Shown here: piece by piece, positions 1-8,601 of the stretch
Layout: each line of letters begins with the position of its first letter
Numbering within the stretch: position 1 is the first letter of the stretch
DNA from: a virus
Lineage: Duplodnaviria > Caudoviricetes
Virus record (IMG/VR): IMGVR_UViG_3300042868_001656
Location: 1 to 32,658 of that record
Direction: 5' to 3' (one strand)
Length of the DNA stretch: 32,658 nt
Translations under genes and position numbers: made by a program
The notes under the pieces: generated by a model
Database searches by the model: none
What the model saw: the letters and a program-made list of their open reading frames with translations, nothing else
What the model was told of the DNA's origin: nothing

Positions 1-55
1 GTCATGCGTCGCTCAGGTCGCAAACTTTTGACCCACCCTCCATCTGTGTACCCGC

Positions 56-355
56 CTACTTTGCGTCGCCGCGTCGCGAGTTGCACGACCGATGCGCTGG
101 AAGAAGTGGGCTGTCCTTGTCTCCAGGTATGACGTGGTCAGCGGTCCACGGGTCGTCGGGTCGTGCGCCTTCGAGACAGATCCAACAGTATTGAGCGGAG
201 TCGCGGACTGCCTTGGCTCGTGCTTGGTAGTCGCCTGAGTAGTGAGGTCGGTGAGGCTTGGGATGGAGTCGGTTGTATGTGGTCTGGCAGTCTGGGCATC
301 GGCGTGGGTTGGTGGTGAGATTGCCACAGGTTAGACATGGTCTGGAGATGGTCAT
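56..355 (-). CDS. HNH endonuclease (terminase-associated, HK97 gp74-like)
   Basis: CxxC pairs plus 'CWIC...WTADHVIPG...LLPAHRSCNSRRG' HNH motif; last gene before terS on a circular map. Confidence 0.9.
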   Translation of the reverse strand: MTISRPCLTCGNLTTNPRRCPDCQTTYNRLHPKPHRPHYSGDYQARAKAVRDSAQYCWICLEGARPDDPWTADHVIPGDKDSPLLPAHRSCNSRRGDAK

Positions 356-372
356 AAGTGTGCGCCAGGCAT

Positions 373-570
373 GGTCACGCCGTCACGCCAAGTAATACTT
401 GGCGCGTGACGGCGTATGTGACAAATTGTGTTTCACGCCGTGTTTCACGCCGTGGGTCGGGTTCAATGAATATAAGGGTTTTACGGCGAAAACGGCGTAC
501 GCCGTGGTCACGCCGTGTGTGGTCGGCGTGACGGCGTAAGCACCTGTTTCACGCCGTGTCACGCCGTGTG
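373..570. repeat. Cluster of direct and inverted (TT)TCACGCCGTG / ACGGCGT repeats; candidate replication origin
   Basis: Copies at 431, 443, 508, 547 and 559; palindrome 492-505; hairpin 377-415; lies directly after the primase-helicase stop. Confidence 0.75.
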
Positions 571-572
571 GT

Positions 573-2405
573 TTAGAACTGTTCAAAGAGTGGATCATTG
601 ATCTGTTCTCGGCGTTGGGTGTGGGCTTGTCGGGCTGTTTTGCGGACTACATGGTAGATGGTTTCGGCGCGTTCTTTTACTTCGGCCCACATGGCGTCGA
701 GGCTGATGGTTGGGTCGATGTTGAGTTCTTCTAGCATCTTGAGGGCTTGGGTTAGTCGTTCGCCGCCTTGGATGTCTTGTGTGAACATCTTGTGTTGGTC
801 GTGAATGATGAGGTTGATGCGTTCGGGTATCCAGGTGTGCCGGTGCTTCTGTCGGATCATGACTAGGCGTCCGTCTACTTTGGTCATCTGCCAGACCAGG
901 TCGACGTCGTCGTTTTTGGCTGATGTGCCTCGTGCGCCTTTTTTGAGGTCTTTGCCTGCGTGGTCTATGCGCATGAGTGATCGGCCTTCTTGTTTGAGGT
1001 TGATGGCTGTCCAGCGGTAGAAGTTGCGGACTGTGTCGGCGTCGTTCTCTGCTCCTTCGACTGCTCGTGCGAAGGTGTCGATGATTACGAGTTCGGCTTG
1101 GCAGGCTCGTGCTAGGTCGCAGATTTGTTTTGCGCCTTCTGGTTTGTCGAGTGAGCCGATTGGTGGCAGTGAGGCGTAATGCAACCTTGATAGGTCTGTG
1201 TCTTTGTTGTAGCCCATTGCGGTGAGTCGCTCGTAGAGAACAGCCTGGCTCATCTCGTAGTCCATATAGAGGACGTTGGTTGGTGGTTTGGGTTCGGCGA
1301 AGATTTCTTTGCCGGTGGCTAGTGCGGCTGCGATGTAGAGCGCGAGCAACGATTTGCCTGTTCCGCCTGGTGCGAAGATGACTACGAGTTGGTTGCGTGG
1401 GATGATGGGTTCGATGAGCCAGTCTTCGGCTGGGAATGATTGGTTCCAGAAGTCTGTCCAGTTGATGAGTATGTTGTCGGTCTTTGATGGTTGCTCGACT
1501 GGTACTAGGGCTTTGCCTTCTTGTAGGAGTTTCTTGGCGAACGCTGATCGGTTGCCGTTGTGGTGCATGGCGGCGGTGTAGCCGAAGCGTGTGTATGTGC
1601 CTGCTGGTAAACCTGTGATGCTTGTGGTGAACACTTTGAGGATGTCTCTGCCTTGCCATCCTGTGGTCGCTGAGGTGCCTTCGCGGATGTCTTTTCCTGG
1701 TCTGACCCAGTGTGATTCGCCTGTTTGGTCGGTGTGTGCAAGTGTCCAGCCGTCTTGTCTTAGTAGTTCGGGCCATGTGGTTGCAGCGCAGTAGCGGGAT
1801 GCTGGTCCGTCTTCTTCGAGGAGTAGTGATGGTGGTGTGGCTGGTGTGTTTGGTGTGGCTGGTTCGGCTTTGGCTGTGAGGAGTAGCACCATCCACAGTG
1901 GCATGTCTGCTGGTTTGTGATCGGCAATCGAGCGGTCGTCTGCCCATTGGTATTCTTTGCCGTTCGGGTGAACTGTTGGTGGTGCGAGGACTTGTCCGCC
2001 GATGCCACGGATGTCGATGCCTTGTCCGAGTTTGCCTGATGCTTCGTTGCGGATCGGTGCATCGGTTAAAAAATATATGTGCCGACCACCGGATCCTGTG
2101 ATGACTTCGAGTGTGTCGGGTAGTTTGCCGTGTAGTTGTTCCAGGTCGGCGAGTGTGTCCGAGCCACGATATTGTTCGCGGTCATCAATGTCTACGACGA
2201 TTAGGTAGCGGTTGCGACATTCGCCTGTTGCGATGCCAAGTCCGCAGTCTTTGAATTGTCCTTCGAACCATTGTTGGATTGTGGTTGGGTCGGTTGTGGC
2301 GGCGTTCTGCCAGCCAGACATCGGTGGCCGTTTCTCGCCTTGTTTGATTGGTATGACGCGCACACCTTTGTTGGCGTACGCGAGTGCAGTTTGTAACACG
2401 GACAT
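573..2405 (-). CDS. Bifunctional primase/polymerase (Prim-Pol) fused to AAA_25/RepA-like helicase
   Basis: 'VIPIKQGEKRP', 'VVDID', 'TGSGGRHIYF', 'GIDIRGIGGQVLAPPTVHPNG'; Walker A 'APGGTGKS'; Walker B 'LVIIDT'; 'DHAGK...ARGTSA'; AAGGAG RBS. Confidence 0.93.
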   Translation of the reverse strand: MSVLQTALAYANKGVRVIPIKQGEKRPPMSGWQNAATTDPTTIQQWFEGQFKDCGLGIATGECRNRYLIVVDIDDREQYRGSDTLADLEQLHGKLPDTLEVITGSGGRHIYFLTDAPIRNEASGKLGQGIDIRGIGGQVLAPPTVHPNGKEYQWADDRSIADHKPADMPLWMVLLLTAKAEPATPNTPATPPSLLLEEDGPASRYCAATTWPELLRQDGWTLAHTDQTGESHWVRPGKDIREGTSATTGWQGRDILKVFTTSITGLPAGTYTRFGYTAAMHHNGNRSAFAKKLLQEGKALVPVEQPSKTDNILINWTDFWNQSFPAEDWLIEPIIPRNQLVVIFAPGGTGKSLLALYIAAALATGKEIFAEPKPPTNVLYMDYEMSQAVLYERLTAMGYNKDTDLSRLHYASLPPIGSLDKPEGAKQICDLARACQAELVIIDTFARAVEGAENDADTVRNFYRWTAINLKQEGRSLMRIDHAGKDLKKGARGTSAKNDDVDLVWQMTKVDGRLVMIRQKHRHTWIPERINLIIHDQHKMFTQDIQGGERLTQALKMLEELNIDPTISLDAMWAEVKERAETIYHVVRKTARQAHTQRREQINDPLFEQF

Positions 2406-2448
2406 GGTTCTCCTTAAGTGCAGGTCAGTCTAGTGAGACTGTCTGCGG

Positions 2449-2904
2449 TCACTTGGTTTGTTTGCGAATGTTGCCGATTATGTCGGCAGGTACTTCTCGA
2501 CCACGCAGGTCATAGAGGAAGGTGACGAATCCGATCTCGTCTACTTTCTCAACTTTGTTCTCCATGAATGCTGTGGCAAGTGCGTTGATTGGCCAGATGA
2601 CGAACCACGGTTCACTGTCTTCGGCAACTTCACCCCACCAACCATCCTGATTCGAGTGACCGTATTGCACGATGAACGCAGGGATCTTTGCCATGTTGCC
2701 GAGCTGTGCAAGTGTTCGTGCGCCGACATTGATTAGGTCCAGTACGGCGTGTTCGTGTTTGTAGTCGATGATTGCTTTCGGTACACACTTGTCGTATTCG
2801 ACCATGAGGAAGTCGATGTCCATTGCTGGTGTGTTGTAGCCCCAGGTGCGATGTCGGCCTGATAGCCATGCGTCTCGTTTGAAGTGTTGTTCATTGCTTG
2901 TCAT
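2449..2904 (-). CDS. Hypothetical protein, possible PD-(D/E)xK nuclease fold
   Basis: 'MDIDFLMVE...AIIDYKH' pattern; start moved to the ATG at 2904, which overlaps the upstream gene end. Confidence 0.6.
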   Translation of the reverse strand: MTSNEQHFKRDAWLSGRHRTWGYNTPAMDIDFLMVEYDKCVPKAIIDYKHEHAVLDLINVGARTLAQLGNMAKIPAFIVQYGHSNQDGWWGEVAEDSEPWFVIWPINALATAFMENKVEKVDEIGFVTFLYDLRGREVPADIIGNIRKQTK

Positions 2905-3130
2905 ACCAGTCCGTCCATATCTCTGAGGGATGTAGTCCGAGTCGGACTGCATATTTGTCTGCTTGCCATATGTTGAAGTTTGTTGGGTTGTTTCGCCATC
3001 GTGAGATGACGGTTCTGTTGACACCCAACAGTTCGCCGATGTGTTTCGCCGAAGTGCCAGGTGTCCACAGTTTCAATAGTTCCGATGCCGGATAGCAGAA
3101 GTATTTGACCGCCTGCTGTCTTGTGGTCAT
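2891..3130 (-). CDS. Helix-turn-helix (Cro/XRE-like) DNA-binding protein
   Basis: 'AKHIGELLGVNRTVISRWRN...ADKYAVRLGLHPSEIW'; ATGA overlap with the upstream stop. Confidence 0.8.
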   Translation of the reverse strand: MTTRQQAVKYFCYPASELLKLWTPGTSAKHIGELLGVNRTVISRWRNNPTNFNIWQADKYAVRLGLHPSEIWTDWYDKQ

Positions 3131-3435
3131 TGGATTTCGAAGTTTTCGTATGCGTCGTCGCCGATCAGGTCGCGCATGTATTCTTCGCTCTCTGTCAAGT
3201 CGTTGAACAGGATGCGGCGTTTCTCTTCTTGCCACACTGGTTCGAAGTCAATCTTTTCGGTGTTCTTGAATGTCACGATTGACTCTGGGTTGATGCCCGA
3301 AGATTCGATTGGTTCAAGGATTACTGCTTCGATGTTTGTTCCTGGGCTTGCCACGATGATGATGTCACGATCATCGCGTTCGTTGTAGTCGATGCGCGTT
3401 GTGCCGAACATCGTGTTGATGTATATCTGTTTCAT
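3127..3435 (-). CDS. Hypothetical protein
   Basis: Strong RBS AAGGAGG; coupled to the next gene. Confidence 0.75.
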   Translation of the reverse strand: MKQIYINTMFGTTRIDYNERDDRDIIIVASPGTNIEAVILEPIESSGINPESIVTFKNTEKIDFEPVWQEEKRRILFNDLTESEEYMRDLIGDDAYENFEIQ

Positions 3436-3489
3436 TGTTGCCTCCTTAGGCGTTGATTGGTTGATGTGTGGATAGTGCAGTTATCGGCA

Positions 3490-3804
3490 TCAGTCCTCCT
3501 GTTCTTCGTCTTGGTTGTATGGTTTGAAGTCGAACTTGAAGTTCGGGTCGCTGCCGGCGATGTAGTAGCCCATGGTTGGATGGTTCGGATTTCGGCGACG
3601 TGGTGCGCGTTTCGCTTGCGGTTTGCCAAGTGTCGCACCTGGGTATCTGACACCATTGCGCAATGTTTCATGGAATCGCAACGCATCAAACACACGATCC
3701 ATACCGCCGTGGATTAGTGCGTCAGCGAGCATGTCGCAGCATTGACGTTCTTTCTGCAATTCGTTTTGTATTTGGATGAGTAGTTGTTTTTCTTTGGCAT
3801 TCAT
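3490..3804 (-). CDS. Hypothetical protein
   Basis: RBS AGGAGG followed by CCTGCAC-ATG. Confidence 0.75.
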   Translation of the reverse strand: MNAKEKQLLIQIQNELQKERQCCDMLADALIHGGMDRVFDALRFHETLRNGVRYPGATLGKPQAKRAPRRRNPNHPTMGYYIAGSDPNFKFDFKPYNQDEEQED

Positions 3805-3822
3805 GTGCAGGCCTCCTATGAC

Positions 3823-4068
3823 CTAATCGTCTTCGAGTAACTGTCTTGCTATTCGAAGTTTCTCGGCAGCTCCCGCTGATTCGAGAAGACCGATAGTAGT
3901 AGATGTGACCTGCTCAGGCGGGCATATAGTGAAAAACTTTTGTTCGGTCGTCACATAGTTTTGGATCGTCGCAACCAGCACATAGGCGGTGCAAACATTG
4001 TCGGCATCTACTTGTGATTCGATGAAGTATTTGATGCGGTCATCAATCGGGTCTTCGCTCTCATTCAT
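3823..4068 (-). CDS. Hypothetical protein
   Basis: ORF packed within the operon; GAGGA upstream. Confidence 0.7.
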   Translation of the reverse strand: MNESEDPIDDRIKYFIESQVDADNVCTAYVLVATIQNYVTTEQKFFTICPPEQVTSTTIGLLESAGAAEKLRIARQLLEDD

Positions 4069-4150
4069 CGTCGTCCTCTAGTTTCTCGCCGCACACAGGC
4101 TTGCGTGGCAGGATGCGGTTCGGTAGGCAGGCGCAGAGTCGGGCTTCCAT
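4061..4150 (-). CDS. Small Cys-containing peptide (29 aa, MEARLCACLPNRILPRKPVCGEKLEDDDE), not in the ORF track
   Basis: TAATG overlap with the upstream stop; fills the gap exactly. Confidence 0.5.
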   Translation of the reverse strand: MEARLCACLPNRILPRKPVCGEKLEDDDE

Positions 4151-4467
4151 TATCGTTCCGCCACTGTGCGTGGGAATGGCAGGTCGTTGTATGCCTGGTT
4201 GAGTAGGCCGAGGTAGCCGATCGCATCGGCGAGTGTGTCGTGGTGGAGTCGGTTCTTTTCTAGGTTGGTGCGGAGTCGTGCCATCTTGACCGACACCATG
4301 AACAGGAGCGCGTCCGACATTGACATTCGGATGCCGGTTAGTCCTTCGAAGATTTGGATGACTTTGCTGTAGTCGTCTACGACATTGCCGTAGTCGTTGT
4401 TGCGTGGTCCTGTCACCAACTGGTGTGCTTCGAGCAGGATGTCTGCTCCGACTGATTCTGTTTTCAT
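4150..4467 (-). CDS. DUF6378-like phage protein
   Basis: 'ILLEAHQLVTGPRNNDYG...MVSVKMARL...HDTLADAIGY' pattern. Confidence 0.8.
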   Translation of the reverse strand: MKTESVGADILLEAHQLVTGPRNNDYGNVVDDYSKVIQIFEGLTGIRMSMSDALLFMVSVKMARLRTNLEKNRLHHDTLADAIGYLGLLNQAYNDLPFPRTVAER

Positions 4468-4652
4468 TGTGTCTCCTTGCAGATTTCGTATTTGGATTGG
4501 CTGAATGCGAGTAGCCGTCCGTTGGGTTCTATGCCGACCCAGGTTGGTGCATCTGGGTCACAGAGGCATCCTGCGATGCGGCGTGTGTCAAGTCGGACTT
4601 CACCGTCGCATAGTTGGCAGACGATGTATGTATCGAGTCCGATCGTGATCAC
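4464..4652 (-). CDS. Small zinc-ribbon protein
   Basis: CQLC...CLC; GTGA/ATGA overlaps at both ends. Confidence 0.7.
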   Translation of the reverse strand: MITIGLDTYIVCQLCDGEVRLDTRRIAGCLCDPDAPTWVGIEPNGRLLAFSQSKYEICKETQ

Positions 4653-4873
4653 AGTTCGATGCCTTGTTGGATGTGGACGCGGAGTCGGTCTAGTTGTCCG
4701 CCGAGTGATTTGATTCGGTCACGACACGCCTCCAATTCTTTGTGTAGCGACTCTGCTGCGTCAACTGCGTTGTCACGTTGTTCGGTGACACGTTCGAGTG
4801 CGACCGATAGTTCGGCGACACGGGTTTGCAGTTCGACTATCTCTTGGCTCATCGCGTATGTATCGCCGGTCAT
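4649..4873 (-). CDS. Coiled-coil hypothetical protein
   Basis: Heptad pattern; RBS AAGGAG; ATGA overlap. Confidence 0.75.
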   Translation of the reverse strand: MTGDTYAMSQEIVELQTRVAELSVALERVTEQRDNAVDAAESLHKELEACRDRIKSLGGQLDRLRVHIQQGIEL

Positions 4874-5001
4874 TTCTTGCTCCTTCTGTCCAGTTCTTGT
4901 TTAAGTGCTGCTATTACTTCGAAGAGCCGATCTTGTTCACCGACACCGACGAATTGTCTTTCAAGGAACGCGATTGCGTCTTGTATATCTTTCTTAGTCA
5001 T
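4870..5001 (-). CDS. Small hypothetical protein (43 aa, MTKKDIQDAIAFLERQFVGVGEQDRLFEVIAALKQELDRRSKK), not in the ORF track
   Basis: RBS GGAGG; stop overlaps the next start (ATGA). Confidence 0.75.
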   Translation of the reverse strand: MTKKDIQDAIAFLERQFVGVGEQDRLFEVIAALKQELDRRSKK

Positions 5002-5025
5002 CTCGACCTCCGCTGGTTGAAACAA

Positions 5026-5067
5026 GAACCTTACTCTGCGTCTCCCTAGTGACGCAAAGTAAGGTTC
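5026..5067 (-). terminator. Long stem-loop after the SSB gene (terminator or processing site)
   Basis: - strand GAACCTTACTTTGCGTC-ACTAGGGA-GACGCAGAGTAAGGTTC followed by TTGTTT. Confidence 0.65.
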
Positions 5068-5083
5068 AGGTCTTATTGCCTAT

Positions 5084-5482
5084 CTACCAACGGTCGTCGG
5101 TTGCAACCTTTTCTACCTTTGCCGCGAACAGCTTCGGTGCGTTGAACCCTGCCTTCTTTTCACCATCTGCCGAGTATTTGACCGAGATTTTGTTGCCGGT
5201 CAACTCTGTGACTGATGCTTGCTTCGCTGCTTCACGGATCGCGGTGATCATCGCACCACGCGCCCAAAGGTTTGCGTCGCCTTCTTTTTCTGTTTTGAGT
5301 GTGATGACATACACGAAACGTGGATCACCGTTCGGCCATGTCTTTGCGACACCTGCCGGATCACGATCCTCCAATTTTTTGACGTCTGTGACGATGCCCG
5401 AGTGGACATCGCCAATTTTCTCGAACTTCAAACTTGGCAGTTTGGGTCCGCCTCCTGCTAGGAGATCTTGTTCATCTGACAT
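5084..5482 (-). CDS. Probable single-stranded DNA-binding (OB-fold) protein of actinophage type
   Basis: 'PSLKFEKIGDVHSGIV...KTWPNGDPR..VITLKT...GFNAPKLFAA'; follows the exonuclease. Confidence 0.7.
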   Translation of the reverse strand: MSDEQDLLAGGGPKLPSLKFEKIGDVHSGIVTDVKKLEDRDPAGVAKTWPNGDPRFVYVITLKTEKEGDANLWARGAMITAIREAAKQASVTELTGNKISVKYSADGEKKAGFNAPKLFAAKVEKVATDDRW

Positions 5483-5918
5483 TGCTTACCTCATTTTCTT
5501 TGCTTGGGAATCCGAAGGAGTCCGTTGATATGTTCCACACGATGTCTTGTTCATCCCAACGTATTGCGCGACAGATAACAGCGAACTGTTTTGCACACGC
5601 CGCGTCGAGATGCCCTACGGCACCGCCTGCCGTTTTGAATAACACACCCTGAATCGAGTGGCAGAGACTCGTGATCAGGAGTTCGTCGCAGTTGTCGGAC
5701 ATGATGAGGTCAACTAGACCTCGTCCTATCTGGTATCTGCGATGCGATTTGAGTTGATCCAGTGAGATTGAGTGACCGTATTCGTTGCATTCGGTCGCGA
5801 TCTTCTTCAGCATTGCCCGCTGATGAGGACGAAGAGAGTCAAAGTCTGTTTGTAGTTGTAGGACACAGGTTCGGTCTACGCCTGTGTCGTATGTTCGGCC
5901 TTCGAATGTGTCGATCAT
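5472..5918 (-). CDS. Hypothetical protein
   Basis: ATGA overlap with the exonuclease stop. Confidence 0.75.
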   Translation of the reverse strand: MIDTFEGRTYDTGVDRTCVLQLQTDFDSLRPHQRAMLKKIATECNEYGHSISLDQLKSHRRYQIGRGLVDLIMSDNCDELLITSLCHSIQGVLFKTAGGAVGHLDAACAKQFAVICRAIRWDEQDIVWNISTDSFGFPSKENEVSNVR

Positions 5919-6964
5919 TTCTTCGCCTTCTTGCGTGTCAGTTTCAACGCTGGGTCAGTTTCAAAGAATTGGACATCGTTCTCGGCTTCAAGCAAGCCGA
6001 CGATCTTGATGAGTAGGTCTATCTGTTCGTTGTCGGCTTCACCGAGTTTGGGCACATCGACAGGCCAGAGTGACCGCAACATCTTCTGTGCCTTCTCTGG
6101 TAGATGTTTGATTCGTGCTGTCATCCAGTCACGGCGTTTGTCAAGGCTCGGTTCTAATTGAATGATCTTGGCTGACTCGAATCGTTCGTGTAGGTCGTTG
6201 CGTTTACGCCATGCGCGGACATCGAGCGCAAGTTTCAATCCTTCACGACCAGCGTTCAGATCAACCCAATAGAGGTCGCAGCGTCCTTCGCCTGCTGGTA
6301 GATGGAAGACGATTGCTTTGTCTTTTTCAATCATTGGCAGGCTTGTGCGCTCGGCTGTTTGGTAGTTGTAGATGTGTTGTGCGTCAGCGTAGGCAGCCAA
6401 CTGGATGGAGATTGCCCGCCACGAGTAGGTGAGATCGGTGCCAGTCTTCAAGTCGGCGATGTACATTCGGCCATTGACTTCTACGATGCGGTCTAGTGTG
6501 CCGGCATATTCGGATTCGTCGTTGATGACTACCGACTCGATGTAGTTCGGCATGATGTGAACACCGTACTTTTGCAAAGTTGAAACATAGGCGTCAAGGT
6601 CGGCTTGCAAGCCTGGGAGGATTGCTGGTTTCTTGCCCAAGTCGATTAGTTCGGTTAGTGAGTGAAGTGCTGTACCGAGGTTGGCGCGATGTGAACCGCC
6701 ACCTGCGGTGATTGCTTCTTCAGCAATTTTGTTAAGCGCGTTCTTGTCGTCAAGTTTTGTGGATGCCTGCGCAAGTAGGTCGGAGCGTTGGATGAGTCCT
6801 GTGATGACCATTCTGTTCGCCCACGATTTGAGTGCAGCTTCGTCGTCTGGTGCTTTCGCGATCGTGGTAACACGGGTGTAGCCGCGTTGTTTTCCGTCTG
6901 GTGTCGTGACGAGGTATCGACCCCACCGATCTTTCGGTGCTTCTTGTCGTGTTTCTTCAAGCAT
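5915..6964 (-). CDS. PD-(D/E)xK (RecB/Cas4-like) exonuclease
   Basis: 'YTRVTTI', 'GTALH', 'YAGTLDRI', 'IADLKTG', 'QLAAYA'. Confidence 0.9.
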   Translation of the reverse strand: MLEETRQEAPKDRWGRYLVTTPDGKQRGYTRVTTIAKAPDDEAALKSWANRMVITGLIQRSDLLAQASTKLDDKNALNKIAEEAITAGGGSHRANLGTALHSLTELIDLGKKPAILPGLQADLDAYVSTLQKYGVHIMPNYIESVVINDESEYAGTLDRIVEVNGRMYIADLKTGTDLTYSWRAISIQLAAYADAQHIYNYQTAERTSLPMIEKDKAIVFHLPAGEGRCDLYWVDLNAGREGLKLALDVRAWRKRNDLHERFESAKIIQLEPSLDKRRDWMTARIKHLPEKAQKMLRSLWPVDVPKLGEADNEQIDLLIKIVGLLEAENDVQFFETDPALKLTRKKAKK

Positions 6965-7006
6965 GTGCAGGCTCCTTGTTTTCTTGGGAATCTATGTCGG
7001 TATTGA

Positions 7007-7384
7007 CTATATCGGATCGGTGTTCGCTGAAGCGGGACCATCGGCAATGTTTTTGTAGGCGTTCCAAAGTTTCAGGAACTCGGTCATTGTCATAATCGCA
7101 TACCAGTTGTCCACTTCGACTGCACCTTGTTTCTTCACGGCACAAACACCGTGATTGGTGCCACGGTTCTTTTGCTCGACTTCTAGTTCTTTCAACCAGC
7201 AACCGATGTCGTGCCTGCGCTGGTCTTTGACCTCTACGGTGAGGTCGTCCACACCATCGATATCGCCGCGATCATCCGACCAGCCTGACCTTGATCGTTC
7301 AGCTCTTGGATGTCCGTGGTCTTGGAAGAACTTCGCCACCATCAATTCGGCGCGCGTACCTTTTCTTCTTTGTGGATTTGACAT
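7007..7384 (-). CDS. Holliday junction resolvase-like protein
   Basis: 'MSNPQRRKGTRAE...DRGDIDG...VEVKD'; start moved to the ATG at 7384. Confidence 0.8.
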   Translation of the reverse strand: MSNPQRRKGTRAELMVAKFFQDHGHPRAERSRSGWSDDRGDIDGVDDLTVEVKDQRRHDIGCWLKELEVEQKNRGTNHGVCAVKKQGAVEVDNWYAIMTMTEFLKLWNAYKNIADGPASANTDPI

Positions 7385-7673
7385 GAGTTCCTGCTCTCCT
7401 TCGTCGTCGGGTTTCGTTCCTTCGTTCAACTGTTGTCAGTCCGCCCCACACGCCGACACAATCGTTCGCTATCGCAAAGTCTAGACACTTTTGACGCACC
7501 ACGCAGATGTCGCAAAGTTTCTTCGCTTCACGCACCGCATGCAAATATCTTTCGTGGAAGAAGATGTCGGTGCCTTCGCCACGACAAGTTCCGTATTGTT
7601 GCCATTCTGGTCGGAGTAGTTCGAATACATTCTTGGACTCCGACCAGACGTCAACGATTCCGTAGTCGCTCAT
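7299..7673 (-). CDS. whiB: WhiB family Fe-S transcription factor
   Basis: 'WQQYGTC...IFF...AKKLCDICVVRQKCLDFA...GVWGGLT' with four Cys and a basic tail. Confidence 0.93.
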   Translation of the reverse strand: MSDYGIVDVWSESKNVFELLRPEWQQYGTCRGEGTDIFFHERYLHAVREAKKLCDICVVRQKCLDFAIANDCVGVWGGLTTVERRNETRRRRRAGTHVKSTKKKRYARRIDGGEVLPRPRTSKS

Positions 7674-7855
7674 TATTTGATTTCTTTAGTCCAGCGACGA
7701 ACATAAAACATTGCATAGAAGTTGACTAGTGCATAGATAAATATCTCTACGCCGTTTGCCGGACTTTCTTGCGGCAACCTTGGCATGAATAACAACATCA
7801 TCCATCCCACGATTATGAACGCCAATGTGAACATAATTTTCTCTTGCGGTTTCAT
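7673..7855 (-). CDS. Small membrane protein with two predicted TM segments
   Basis: Two hydrophobic segments; RBS AAGGAGG; TAATG overlap. Confidence 0.75.
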   Translation of the reverse strand: MKPQEKIMFTLAFIIVGWMMLLFMPRLPQESPANGVEIFIYALVNFYAMFYVRRWTKEIK

Positions 7856-7900
7856 TCTTCCTCCTTGGTTTAGTAACTCGCCTGTATCAGTTATAGGACA

Positions 7901-8473
7901 TTACGGCACAGATGTGGTGGATGCTTTGCAAACCCGCCAATTACAAGGATTCCATGGCTCGAACCCTGAGATCCGGTACAGCACCAGACCAGCCTTCAAG
8001 TTGGTGAGCGGGTCGAGTAGTGGTTCTTGAGTGCAGATGTTCATCTCTCGGCACACCGCAGCCCACTTGTTCCGAGACTTGTCATAGTTGACGCCGTTGA
8101 TCTGCAACAAGCCTGTATCGGAACGATGATTCCATTCGGACACACCTGTGATGTTGCAATCTTTGTCAACGATGTCTCCGCCTTTTCGGTTTGGGCAGGC
8201 TCCGCTTTCGCGTAGCACCAGTTCGGTCAATTTCGGTATCGCATGGTCAGGCCAGCCTGCCTGCTTGGCGAGTGACGGTAGCCAGGACACGTCTCCGTGG
8301 CGGAATCTAATGGGTTGGATTGGGTCAAGCCTGTCGGCTGGGTCGGGTCGCCAGAGTGGCTGTAATGAGTTTACAGCGTGACTGGTGTGGGCTGGTGCGG
8401 ATGCTGCTTGGGCTATGCCAAGGCTCATGGTTAGTGTGGCGAGTGTTGCCATGATTGCGGAGAGTATGCGCAT
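7901..8473 (-). CDS. Secreted lytic transglycosylase (SLT/lysozyme-like)
   Basis: Signal peptide; 'RESG', 'GLLQIN', 'LLDPLTNLKAG..LY...GFEPW'. Confidence 0.85.
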   Translation of the reverse strand: MRILSAIMATLATLTMSLGIAQAASAPAHTSHAVNSLQPLWRPDPADRLDPIQPIRFRHGDVSWLPSLAKQAGWPDHAIPKLTELVLRESGACPNRKGGDIVDKDCNITGVSEWNHRSDTGLLQINGVNYDKSRNKWAAVCREMNICTQEPLLDPLTNLKAGLVLYRISGFEPWNPCNWRVCKASTTSVP

Positions 8474-8499
8474 CGTGGTCCTTTCGATATGTGCAGGTC

Positions 8500-8565
8500 A
8501 ATAACGCAACCAGAAGGAGGTGACTGGTTGCGGTGCTACATCAACCCTAGTGGGGAGCGCACCTT
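8500..8565 (-). ncRNA. Candidate structured RNA or leader with an anti-SD loop
   Basis: Stem CGCAACCAG/CTGGTTGCG with loop TCACCTCCTT; second stem GGTGC...GCACC; -10-like TAAGGT at 8569-8574. Confidence 0.45.
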
Positions 8566-8601
8566 TCAACCTTAGCCGATGGCATCCGATTTTCGCTAGT
8601 T

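Noticed and set aside
373-570. Possible CRISPR array
   Set aside because: Units are only 7-12 bp, irregularly spaced and in mixed orientation; no cas genes. The Cas4-like exonuclease is a normal phage recombination gene
383-598. 71-aa ORF with HGV(T/K) repeats
   Set aside because: The repeats occur in both orientations and form palindromes, so they are better explained at the DNA level
595-1947. 450-aa alternative-frame ORF inside the primase-helicase
   Set aside because: Arg/His/Thr-rich shadow of a well-supported gene; no motifs or RBS
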